From the NCBI GenBank assembly GCA_963668695.2, contig CAXXLQ010000004.1, positions 3,840,001 to 3,904,000 of the forward strand: DNA of 64,000 nucleotides. The letters run 5' to 3'. The position numbers and the translations under genes are program-made. Within the stretch, counting starts at the first letter, position 1; each line of letters opens with the position of its first letter. The notes under the pieces are model-generated. The model had not been told where the DNA came from, ran no database searches, and saw only the letters and a program-made list of their open reading frames with translations. The stretch is from Vicinamibacteria bacterium (GTDB lineage Bacteria > Acidobacteriota > Vicinamibacteria > Marinacidobacterales > Marinacidobacteraceae). Shown one piece after another: positions 41,699 through 51,532 of this stretch.

Positions 41699-42709
41699 GT
41701 GTCAGAGGAAAGGCTCCCCGAAGGAAAAATCCCGCCCCGCGTGCTCCGGGAGATGCTTGCGCGTCTCGGAGACGGCGCCGGACTCGATCCCGGACCCGCA
41801 GCCGGGGAGGACGCGGCGGTGGCGCTGGCGGGGAACGAGCCGCGGCTGGTGCTGGCGGCCGATCCGATCACCTTCCCGAGCGCCGACCCCGGCTGGCACG
41901 CGGTGATCGTGAACGCCAACGACGTGGCCGCCACCGGAGGCGAATCGCGTTGGTTCCTTTCCCAGGTGCTCGCCCCTCCCGGAACCACTGAAGACCGGAT
42001 CATCGCGATCGCCGACGGGATTCGCCGCGGATGCGACGAAGTAGGGGCGGTGCCCGCCGGCGGCCACACCGAGATCACGTCTGCGGTCGAGCGAGTCGTG
42101 GTCGCGGGAACGATGGTCGGCGTGGCCACCGCCGAGCGCGTCAAACCGACCGCGGGCGCCCGGGAGGGCGACATGCTGGTGGTCACGAAGGGCGTCGCAA
42201 TCGAAGCCACCGCCATCGTCGCGACCGAACGGGAGGAAGAAGTGCGGCGAACCTTCGGAGCGGACTTCCAGCGGCGCGCCGCCGGTTTTCTCGCGGATCC
42301 CGGGATCAGCGTCGTGGCGGAGGCCCGGATCGCCGCCGGAATGCTCGAAGTGCACGCGATGCACGACGTCACCGAAGGGGGCATCGCGACCGCGGTGCGC
42401 GAAGTGGCGGAGGCGGCGGAACTCGGAGTCATCATGGCGGAAGCGGAGATTCCGCGCTTTTTGGAATCCAAGCGTCTGATGACCCACTTCGGCCTCGACA
42501 TCCTGGGCGCCATCGGCTCGGGCGCCCTGCTCATCGCCTGCGCCGAGTCGGGAACCGGGGAACTGCTGGAGCGTCTCGAGGAAGCCCGGATCGGCGCCTT
42601 CGTCATCGGGCGTTTCGTCCGGCGCTCCGCCGGGATCCGCCTCGCCCGGGGATCCGTCCGGCGCGATTTGCCGGTCTTCGAGTCCGACGAACTCACCCGC
42701 CTCGGCTGA
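41699..42709 (+). CDS. AIR synthase family protein (HypE/ThiL/PurM fold)
   Basis: GEDAAV, DPIT, NANDVA, GGHTE, MHDVTEGG motifs. Confidence 0.88.
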   Translation: MSEERLPEGKIPPRVLREMLARLGDGAGLDPGPAAGEDAAVALAGNEPRLVLAADPITFPSADPGWHAVIVNANDVAATGGESRWFLSQVLAPPGTTEDRIIAIADGIRRGCDEVGAVPAGGHTEITSAVERVVVAGTMVGVATAERVKPTAGAREGDMLVVTKGVAIEATAIVATEREEEVRRTFGADFQRRAAGFLADPGISVVAEARIAAGMLEVHAMHDVTEGGIATAVREVAEAAELGVIMAEAEIPRFLESKRLMTHFGLDILGAIGSGALLIACAESGTGELLERLEEARIGAFVIGRFVRRSAGIRLARGSVRRDLPVFESDELTRLG

Positions 42710-42784
42710 GCGTCCGTGGTGGCCGCTGGATGGGACCCGAGGCCCGGGTGCGATGTTTGCGGGCGGCCTCCTAGAATCCACCCG

Positions 42785-43237
42785 ATGAGACGCCTCCGTA
42801 CCCGGAGTTCCGGCGCGCCCGGCGTGCTGCTGCTCGCCGGACTCTTGATTTCAGGATGCAGCCCCGGCACCACACCCGGGTTTCCCGCTCCCGATTTCCA
42901 GGCTCCGCTTCAGACACCCTTCGCGCTGCGGGCCGGCGACCTCGGCTACATACAGGGCACGGCCGACTTCCTCTACCTCAGTATTCAGTCGGTGGGCATC
43001 GACAGCCGGTGTCCCCCGGAGTCGAGCTGTGACGAGCCGGGGTTCGTGGAAGTGATCCTGGAACTCGAAACCGCGGAAGCCCAGGGCTCGGCGGGGATGC
43101 GGATTCCACCCAGCGGGGACGCCGTCATCACCTACCGGGGCTTCGAGATCCGGGCCCACGAGGTGCAACCTCCGGGCAGCGCGAGCCGGATCCCGCCCGC
43201 GGACTACTTCTTCCTGATGTCGGTCTCGTTGCGTTAG
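42785..43237 (+). CDS. Hypothetical lipoprotein
   Basis: LLISGC lipobox; DSRCP...C motif. Confidence 0.65.
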   Translation: MRRLRTRSSGAPGVLLLAGLLISGCSPGTTPGFPAPDFQAPLQTPFALRAGDLGYIQGTADFLYLSIQSVGIDSRCPPESSCDEPGFVEVILELETAEAQGSAGMRIPPSGDAVITYRGFEIRAHEVQPPGSASRIPPADYFFLMSVSLR

Positions 43238-43301
43238 CAGTCCGAACCGGGAATCCCGAACCTAGAATCCCGGCTCGCCCCGAACGGGACGGAGGAAACG
43301 C

Positions 43302-44582
43302 ATGCATCACTACCACGACTCAACAGCCCGTGGCAAAACCCACGCGGCGTTCGACGGGCGATCCATCCCGGCTGAACCGCCCCGCTTCGCGGGGCTCTGC
43401 GTTGCGCTTCGGTCGAAATACGTTCGGTATTCCTCCCTCGCGCGCCTTGTCAGCCGGGCGTCTCTCCCGTCTCGGCGCTCACGCGGGTTTCACCACGGGC
43501 TGTTCATGAGAGTTGCCGGAACCGGCATCGCCTGCGCCGCATTCCTGCTGGGAGCGGCGGCGTGCGGGGGAAACGAAATGGAAGAGCCGGCGGAGACCCA
43601 GGAAGCGGTTTCGGAGAACGACGACTTCCCGAACCCGTTCACCGCCGAGGCCATGTGGGGCGAGCTGCCCGGCGACCGCGGCTGGGGCGCCATCAGCGCG
43701 ATCTATCCGGCGTTGGACGGCAACATCTGGGCCGCGGAGCGGTGCGGCGCGAACTTCTGCGGCGACCGGCCCGACGTGGACACGATCGTCCTCTTCAGCC
43801 CCGGCGGCGAAGCGCTGAAGAGCTTCGGGGCCGGGCTCATCGCCTGGCCGCACGGGATGTTCGTGGATCACGAGGGGAACGTCTGGGTCACCGACGCGAA
43901 GGGTTTCGTGCCCGACGAGCGGGTGCCGGAGGGTCTCGGCCACTTCGTGATCAAGTTCAGCCCCGAAGGCGAAGTGTTGATGCGGCTCGGCGAGCCCGGG
44001 ACGGCGGGGACCGCTGACGGGCAGTTCAACATGCCCTCGGCCGTGCTGGTCGCGCCGAACGGCGAGATCTACGTGGCCGACGGTCATAACGCCGGCGGGA
44101 ACAACCGCATCGTCAAGTTCTCGGCGGACGGCGCGTTCCTCATGAGCTTCGGGGAGACCGGCACCGGACCGGGGCAGTTCCGCGATCCGCACGCGCTGGC
44201 GATGGATTCCATGGGCCGCCTCTTCGTGGGCGACCGGGCGAACAACCGGATCCAGCTCTTCGACCAGGCAGGCAGCTTCATCGAGGAGTGGCTCCAGTTC
44301 GGCCGGCCGAGCGGGATCTTCATCACCGCCGACGACACGATCTACGTCGCGGATTCCGAGTCCACCTCGGAGGCGAATCCGGGCTTCGGGCGGGGCATCC
44401 GCATCGGGAGCGCGGTGGACGGCACGGTGCACACCTACCTGCCGGACGACGTATCCGACCTCGAACCCGGCGCGGAGCCCGTGACCAGCGGGCCGGAAGG
44501 CATCGCGGTGGACGCCCAGGGGAGCGTCTACGGGGGCGAAGTCCGCCAGCAGATGGTCCGGAAGTTCACACGAAGCGAATAG
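43302..44582 (+). CDS. NHL-repeat peptidyl-alpha-hydroxyglycine lyase (PAL)-like lipoprotein; start 43302 (in-frame MITE) or 43506
   Basis: PHG.FVD..GNVWVTD, IYVADG, PHALA, DRANNRIQ motifs; AAAC lipobox; SD GGAGG at 43291. Confidence 0.85.
   Translation: MHHYHDSTARGKTHAAFDGRSIPAEPPRFAGLCVALRSKYVRYSSLARLVSRASLPSRRSRGFHHGLFMRVAGTGIACAAFLLGAAACGGNEMEEPAETQEAVSENDDFPNPFTAEAMWGELPGDRGWGAISAIYPALDGNIWAAERCGANFCGDRPDVDTIVLFSPGGEALKSFGAGLIAWPHGMFVDHEGNVWVTDAKGFVPDERVPEGLGHFVIKFSPEGEVLMRLGEPGTAGTADGQFNMPSAVLVAPNGEIYVADGHNAGGNNRIVKFSADGAFLMSFGETGTGPGQFRDPHALAMDSMGRLFVGDRANNRIQLFDQAGSFIEEWLQFGRPSGIFITADDTIYVADSESTSEANPGFGRGIRIGSAVDGTVHTYLPDDVSDLEPGAEPVTSGPEGIAVDAQGSVYGGEVRQQMVRKFTRSE
43322..43504. mobile_element. 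MITE-like element, 183 bp, no micro-insert (reference empty form)
   Basis: Perfect 12-bp inverted ends aacagcccgtgg / ccacgggctgtt. Confidence 0.85.
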
Positions 44583-44620
44583 CGGCCCGTCGCGCGGGTG
44601 TCGCCGCAGTCTCCTTCGAC

Positions 44621-45280
44621 GTGGACGGCACCGACAACGCCGCCAGTTCTCCCGGTGGGGGCCTTCAGACCGGCATCGCCCCGCACCGCGGGGCGAACTT
44701 CGCAGCCGTTTCCTTCGACGTGGACGGCACCCTCTACGCGGACGGCTTTCTGCGGGCCCGGATCGCTCTCGAAGCCATCCGCCGCCTGAATCCGAGTTCC
44801 CTCCGGGATCTCTACCGTTTCGATAAACGCGCCGTTGCCGCCCGCGCCGCCGGGGGAGCACTCGACCCTTCCTGGGCTTCCACGATTCCCATCCGGCTCG
44901 AAGCGGAGGCTCGCCTGCTGCTCCCGGTCATCCGGCGCCTGGGGCCCCGGGCCGGTGCGGCCGATCTCCTGACCCGCCTCCGGCCCCGCACCCTGATCGC
45001 CGTCTCGGACTTCGACGCGGAGGCCAAGCTGGAGGCGCTCGGCCTCCGCCATCACTTCGACCACACCTACGCCGCCGAGCGGTACGGCGCCCTCAAGCCC
45101 GACCCTTTGGTCTTCCGGGCCGCGCTCGCGGATCTCGGAATTGCTCCCTCCACCCTGCTGCATGTCGGAGACCGCCCGGACACCGACGGCCTCGCCGCCC
45201 GTGCGGCCGGCTGCCGCGCCCTCATCCTGGGCACCGACTTCGCCTCCTTTCGCGGACTCGGGGACCTGCTCGCCCCCTGA
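44621..45280 (+). CDS. HAD family hydrolase (start uncertain)
   Basis: FDVDGTLY motif I, KPDP, HVGDRPDTD motif IV. Confidence 0.78.
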   Translation: MDGTDNAASSPGGGLQTGIAPHRGANFAAVSFDVDGTLYADGFLRARIALEAIRRLNPSSLRDLYRFDKRAVAARAAGGALDPSWASTIPIRLEAEARLLLPVIRRLGPRAGAADLLTRLRPRTLIAVSDFDAEAKLEALGLRHHFDHTYAAERYGALKPDPLVFRAALADLGIAPSTLLHVGDRPDTDGLAARAAGCRALILGTDFASFRGLGDLLAP

Positions 45281-45507
45281 ATCCGCAGCGGAGGTCGTCC
45301 GCTTGGTCCTTCCGGGCGGTGGTCCGCGACGAAACGTATGATCCGCTGATCGAGACGACGGTAGATGCGCTGGGAAGCGAACCGGAAAGGTTCCTTCAGA
45401 CCGGCATCGGGTAGCTCCTCAGCGACCTGTCAAGAATGCACGCCGAGCAAGCAGCCGCGCTCGTGGAACGAGCACTACGAAAAACAGCCTCCGGGGAGGG
45501 GACGTCC

Positions 45508-46651
45508 ATGAAGATCGAGCGCCTGGGGTCAACAGTTCTGGTGGCCTTCGGACTTGCGCTGCTGTCCGCCTGCGCGGACGAGAGTCCGGGTGGCAGGATG
45601 GAGTCGGCGCCGGCGGGGCCGGTGGCCAAGGGCGGCGACGACCGGACCGGCGAGTACGACGCCGTACCCGGCTGGTGGAAGCCCGCGCCGGGACCATGGG
45701 GAGCCCTGGGTCTGGGGACAGGTCTCGGGCGTGGCGGTCGACACCCCGGACCGGGTCATCGTCGGTATCTGGGGCGACCGGGACGCCGAGGGGCGCGAGC
45801 GCGAGGGAAGCACCAACTACGTTGTCGCCGTGGACCGGGACGGCAACATCACCGAGAACTGGTCCCAGTGGGACTCGATCTTCAACAAGCCTCATCAGCT
45901 CTACATCAGCCCCTACGACCCCGAGCGCCACGTGTGGATCGTGGAGCGCGGCGGCGGCAAGAACGTCAACATGCAGATCCTCAAGTTCTCGAACGACGGG
46001 AGCGAGCTGGTGATGCGGCTCGTCGATCCGGATCACCCCACCACCCGGGCGGAGGCGCGCGCCAACCCGCACCCGGGCCCGTACGAGTACGGCGACCCCG
46101 CGGTGATGGCGTTCCTGCCGAGCGGTGACTTTCTGGTGGGCGATGGCTACTGGCACTCGCGCATCATCAAGTACGACGCCGAGGGCGAGTATCTGATGGA
46201 GTGGGGCGAACTCGGGAGCGGGCCGGGCCAGTTCGACCTGGTGCACGGGCTCGCGGTGGACCGGAACCGCCGCGTCTACGTGGGCGACCGCGCCAACAAC
46301 CGCATCCAGATCTTCACCGAGGACGGCGAGTACATCGACGAGTGGCCCGACGTCTCCGACCCCGTCGGCGTCTTCATCGACGAGAGCGATGCCGTCTGGG
46401 TGGTCTCGGCGATCCTGAACCGCATCCTCAAGTTCAACTTGGACGGCGAACTCCAGTACCACCTGGGCGCCTACGGGGGCACGCGGGGCGGCTTCCCGGG
46501 CGGTCTGTCGCGGCCGCATCAGATCGATGTGGACGAGGAGGGCAGCCTCTACATCGCGAGCTGGGACGGGGGCTGGATGGACAAGTTCATTCCCAAGCCG
46601 GACGCGGATCCGAGCAAGCTGGTGGGGAGGAAGCTGGTTCTGGAGAACTAG
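45508..46651 (+). CDS. NHL-repeat PAL-like lipoprotein; apparent +1 frameshift at ~45691
   Basis: LSAC lipobox; WWKPAP continues as DHGEPW in another frame if one G is removed; DGYWHSRI, DRANNRIQ motifs. Confidence 0.8.
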
Positions 46652-46718
46652 CCGGCAACCCGATGCTGATTCCGCTCGCTGGCTGTTCCTGGGGAGCCCA
46701 ACACCCTGGAGTACCGTT

Positions 46719-47755
46719 ATGAGTCGCCGAACATCGATCGCAGTGCTGGCCCTCGGGCTCACGCTGCTTTGGCCCGGATCACGCCTCGCCGCCCAGATCC
46801 CAGGCCTCCTGCTGAACGAGGCCGGTGAGGAGATCGTCGCCACCTTCTCGATCGTCGCGCGCGATCCAGGCACGGGAGAGCTGGGAGTCGCCGTGCAGTC
46901 GCGGGCGTTTCGCGCCGGAGCCATCGTTTCGTACGCCAAGGCGGGGGTCGGGGCGATCGCGACCCAGGCGGCGGCCAACCAGACCTACGGGCCGCGCGGG
47001 CTGGAACTCCTGGAGCTGGGGCTCTCGCCGGACGAGGTGGTCGAGCACCTGACCGGCTCGGATCCGGGGCGTGACCGCCGCCAGCTCGCCGTCATCGACG
47101 ACCAGGGCCGGGTCCGGGCCTACACGGGATCGGCAACCAGCGCCTGGGCGGGACACCTCGAGGGCGAGAACTTCTCGGCTCAGGGCAACATCCTGGCTGG
47201 GGAAGCGGTGGTGCAGGCGATGGCGGAGGCGTTCGAGGCGTCCAGGGTCCGCTCGCACTTCGTCTGATGGACGCCCTCGATGCCGGCCAGGCCGCCGGGG
47301 GCGACGCGCGCGGCAAGCAGGCTGGCGGGGTTTTGGTGGTGAAGCCGATCGGCAACTCCGGCCGGACCACCCGGACCAGCGACCGCTGGGTGGACGTGCG
47401 CGTGGACGACCATGCCGAGCCGTTCAAGGAGCTGCGCCGCCTGGTCAACATGTCGGTCTCGCGAATTCACGCGAGCGAAGCCCGGACGCTGGCCGCGGAG
47501 GGCCGCTTCGACGAAGCCGTGGCGGCGCAGCAGGAAGCGATCGCGATCGTGCCCGGGGAGGATCAGCTCATCTACGGGCTGGCCCGGCTGTACGCCCGCG
47601 CGGGCGACGCCGCGGGCGCGGTGGCGACGCTCAAGCAAGCCATCGAAATCGACGCGCGCTGGCGAGGGCTGGCGGCGTCACAGGCCGACTTCGACAACAT
47701 CCGCGATAACGCGGAGTTCCAGAAACTGCTCAACTCCAAAGGACCCCTGTCATGA
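46719..47755 (+). CDS. DUF1028 (Ntn-hydrolase-like) protein with C-terminal TPR; apparent frameshift at ~47243
   Basis: TFSIVARD...GVAVQS, ATQA, QGNILAG; continues GPLALRLMDALDAGQAAGGDARGKQ in the next frame. Confidence 0.82.
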
Positions 47756-48248
47756 AATATCGCCGAATCCCGCTGCTGTTCGCCCTGGCGCTGCTCCCGG
47801 GTTGCGCTGCCGACCCGGCCCCCCCGGAGGCGACTGCCCCGGAGTTGCCCAGAATGCCCCAGTTGCCCCGGAGCGGAGCTACATCAACTCCCGCTCGGCA
47901 CAAGACCCCGATGTGCCGCCCTTCAGCGGCGGCGTGATGGTGGGCGACACCTTCTACGTTGCGGGAACGATCGGGCTGGGCCCCGACCAGACGGTACCCG
48001 AAACCGCCCAGGAGGAGGCTCGCATCGTCCTCACCAACGTGCAAAACACACTGGAGGCGGCCGGGCTGACCATGGACGACCTGGTGTCGGTTCAGGTCTA
48101 CTCCTCGGACGTCGCGGATTACGACGCCTTCAACGAGGTCTATCGCACGTTCTTCACCCAGGAGTATCCGGCGAGGGCATATCTGGGCTCGGGCACGTTG
48201 CTCTTCGAAGCGCGGTTCGAGGTGCTGGGGTTCGCGGTCAAGCGATAG
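47752..48248 (+). CDS. RidA/YjgF family protein with lipoprotein signal; apparent frameshift at ~47820-47870
   Basis: LPGC lipobox in one frame; PFSGGV..GDTFYVAG, FNEVY...PARA in the next. Confidence 0.78.
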
Positions 48249-48318
48249 GGCCGCTCGGAACACAGTCTCAGATTCGCGGTGCGCGTTCGCCCGCCTCCGG
48301 CGGACGATGCCGACCGGA

Positions 48319-48409
48319 CTCCCCCGCGCGCCTTGTCAGCCGGGCGCCTCGCCCCCACCGGGAGAACTGGCCGCTCTCGGCGCTCACCCGGGTTCCACCA
48401 CCGGCTGTT
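48319..48409. mobile_element. MITE-like right-end fragment with micro-insert; supplies the GH3 stop codon
   Basis: gcgccttgtcagccggg...caccaccggctgtt. Confidence 0.75.
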
Positions 48410-49998
48410 CCCCCTCTTCCCAAAGACGCGGGTAGAAGGGCTGGAACTTGAACTGGGAGTCAACGTGGGCTGAGCCTCCACCGGAGGCGCGCGGAAGGAA
48501 GTCCGAGAGCTCAAGGGTTGAGCAGCGGACTCCACCGAGCCGGCGGCTCGCACGCTTGGCGCGGTATTCGAGGTTCTGATTCCCGAGAAGTTCATCGAGC
48601 CGCTCGGGGAGGCCCTCGGGGAGGCCCTCGGGCAGGCCGCCGGGCTCGCGCGACGCCGGGCGGACCGCCGCCAGGTGGTAGCAGGGAAGCGCATCTCCTC
48701 GTGGGTTCGAAGGAAAGAGCGCGAGCCAGAAACGCTTCCGGAGTCCCGGGAACTCGCAGTCCAGCGCCGAGAACGCGCGCTCAACGTGCCCGGCGGTGAG
48801 CTTTTCCCCGGTGAAGGACCAACCCAGGCCTCGCCGGCGGACAAAACGGAGATCCGGATGTCCGCCGACGAAGCGCGCGACCCGAAAAAGATCCCCGGTC
48901 GCGTAGCGCCGGAGGCCGAAACGGTGGCTCACCACCATTTCGTACGTCTCCCCCGGCCGCAGGTCGCTGGCGCCCAAGAGGCTTGCCTCGGATCCCAGGC
49001 TTGCCTCGGATCCCGGCTCGAGGAACTCGTAGAAGACGCCGGGTGCGGCCGGTAGGAACGCCGTCTCTCGCTCCCGGTAGTCGGGAACGGTCTCGATCGT
49101 CTCGGTGGACATCGAATACATCGGCTCCCGGGTGAAACGCGATGCGGGGAGGCGGCGGTCGAGCCGCTGCAGAAACGGACCCACCGCGCCTCCGGTCCAG
49201 CAGACGTAGGTCGTGACGCCGGGCGCCCAGGCCGTGATCGGCAGTGGCTCGGGACTTTCCGCCACCCGGAGGAGCCGCTTCCGCGATCCCATCGAAGCGA
49301 GCTTCCGGAGGAGCCGCCAGACGGACGGGTGCAGGCGCTCAGGTTCCCGGACGACCCGCCGAACGAGCGCGGAGGCGCTGCTCCCAATCGGCGTCGAGCT
49401 CTTCGAAGAACCCGCTCAGCGTGGAGGGGTTCGTTGCGTAGAGGACTCCCGGATTCGACAAGGTGAGGACCAGGAGACGAAGCGCGGCCGCGCCGTACTG
49501 CTCTTTCAGATCCTTAAGCGCCGGATCCGACTGCGCCCGGTAGGGCGCCTGCAGCAGGATGAACCACGGAGGCGCGCGGCGCTCGCTGACGAGCAACCAG
49601 CTCAGCGAGCGATCCGGATCGAGAGCGCCGAAGACGTAGAGGCTGGGACGCCGGATCCGCCGGCGCGCGACGAGGCGAAGCATCCCGTCCACGAAAACGC
49701 CGCGGGTCGCCGAGAGCCGCTGCCGCGGGTACGCGACGCGCTTGGGCTCGCCCGAGGTGCCGGAGGTGAGCGCCACGGGGGCCCCCGCCCCGTCACCCGA
49801 ATCCGCGGAAGGCAGTTCCCGGGTGAGCGGCGTCGCGGGGGTGATTCCGAAGCGCCGCCGCAGCCGCCGTTCCCGGAGCGGATGGATCGTCAGACGTACG
49901 CGGTGGCGAAGGACGGCCGCCCGCCCCGCCAGTCGCAGGACAAGCGCGATCGCTGCGCGTCCGAGGTCATTCGCGAGGCCCCGGGCCTCGCGGCTCAT
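48384..49998 (-). CDS. GH3-family adenylating enzyme; apparent frameshift at ~49384
   Basis: LTSGTSGEPK, MYSMSTE, YEMVVS..FGLRRYATGD and GEK match the GH3 motifs; the two ORFs join if one G of a GGG run is removed. Confidence 0.75.
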
Positions 49999-50024
49999 CG
50001 GGGTCGAACTCGGGGCCGAACTTG

Positions 50025-50256
50025 GGCGCCGGTGGACAGAGCCAGGCGGCCCAGTTCTCCCGGTGGGGGCTCGGCCGGCGATCCATCCCGGCTGAGCGCT
50101 GCGCCCCACTTCGCTCGTCGTTGCGCATCGGTCGAAATAACCCGGGCCAGTTCTCCCGGTGGGGGCTCCTCCCTCGCGCGCCTCGTCAGCCGGGCGCCTC
50201 GCCCCCACCGGGAGAACTGGCCGGCCTCGGCGCTCACCTTGCTCTGACCACAGGAA
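50025..50256. mobile_element. Degenerate MITE-like copy with three micro-inserts
   Basis: Core retained; inserts at 50048, 50145 and 50201. Confidence 0.8.
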
Positions 50257-51532
50257 CCCAGGGCTGTCCGGACCGGACGAACGGCGGATCAACCAGGGGG
50301 GCCACAAAGGCGGCAGCGATGAAGTCAATGTCTTCCTCGCGGAGGAGGGCCGGGTCCCAGGTGATCGTGACCACGGTCTGGTCGGCCTGGGACATGGCGG
50401 CGAAGTAGAGCGGATGCTGCCGGTGGAGGCAGGCGATCACCTCCATGCCCGAAACGTCCTGGAGCACCGGCTCGTCGTCACCGGGCCAGTGCTCGAGGTG
50501 CGTAAACCCGGCGGTGCCGAAGTCGGCCCACGGCCGGTAGATCCATCGGCGGAGCAGGGGGGCCGCGACAGGAAACAGCGAAGCGGGAACCGGCAGAGAG
50601 GGAACTGCCCACTCTCCCGTCCGTTTCTTCCGGTACACCATCCGGCGAACCGAGCGGCAGCGCTCCAGAAAGGCCCGGCTCTTCACGACAGAAACCGGCT
50701 CGCGGTGAACCCGGATCCGCGACGCACCGTTCCCGAAGCCTCGGAGGCGATCCTCCCGGACGTTCATCGGCACCCAAAGCCCGATTCGATTCCCGGACAC
50801 CCCCTGGTGCTCGTTCCAGGCCGCCAGCGCGTCGAGCGCCGCCGCCAGCAGACAATCGTTCCACCGGAATCCGCCGACCGTCTGGGACAGGGAGGCGAGA
50901 GGCTCGCGGGGCACGGACACCGTACGCCAGCAGCGGCTCGCCGAAGCAGGCCCGGGACGCGTCGCGAGCGTGGCCGAGGTGCCGGAATCCGGGTTGCGAC
51001 GGGCGCCCTTTGGCGCCTCCATCAGTTTGAGCGACCCGGTCTGGGGGCGCGAGGGCATGGTGTCCAGGCCGCGCGCCATGCGTAGCTGCCGCTGCACGAA
51101 CAGCAGCGTGCCGATCAGGTCCGAGGCGGCATGGTGTACCTGAGTGACGAGACTCCAGGAGGGAGGGTCTCCGGTGCCGAGCAGCATTTGCCTGAGCGGT
51201 GGCCCCTCCTCGAGGGGAAAGGGAATCTCGAGAAACTCCTGGATCCGGGCGACGCGCTCCCCCTCCGGAAAAACCCGGATCGCCAGGGATGGCGAAGCGC
51301 CGGGCCGCGGCTCCCACATCGGTACATCGAACGGCGGCCGGCAGAGCCGGCTCGTGGACACCGGGAACAACTCCCCAGCGCCCTGAGTCCCGGCGTACAG
51401 CGGCCCGAAGTCCGTCACCGCATGCGACGACCGGCCCAGATCGAGCACCAGGGCGTAGTCCAGGGGCCGCTCCGGCGAGTCCGCGAGCAGACACGCCAGG
51501 TCGGGCGTGGCGAGCGGGATGCGTCCGGTCAG
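50234..51532 (-). CDS. Condensation-domain / CoA-dependent acyltransferase-like protein (HHxxxD)
   Basis: FPLEEGPPLR, QVHHAASD, WNDCLLAA, PMNVR...GFGN motifs; frame open upstream to a CTG overlapping the desaturase stop (CTGA). Confidence 0.68.
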   Translation of the reverse strand: MTGRIPLATPDLACLLADSPERPLDYALVLDLGRSSHAVTDFGPLYAGTQGAGELFPVSTSRLCRPPFDVPMWEPRPGASPSLAIRVFPEGERVARIQEFLEIPFPLEEGPPLRQMLLGTGDPPSWSLVTQVHHAASDLIGTLLFVQRQLRMARGLDTMPSRPQTGSLKLMEAPKGARRNPDSGTSATLATRPGPASASRCWRTVSVPREPLASLSQTVGGFRWNDCLLAAALDALAAWNEHQGVSGNRIGLWVPMNVREDRLRGFGNGASRIRVHREPVSVVKSRAFLERCRSVRRMVYRKKRTGEWAVPSLPVPASLFPVAAPLLRRWIYRPWADFGTAGFTHLEHWPGDDEPVLQDVSGMEVIACLHRQHPLYFAAMSQADQTVVTITWDPALLREEDIDFIAAAFVAPLVDPPFVRSGQPWVPVVRAR

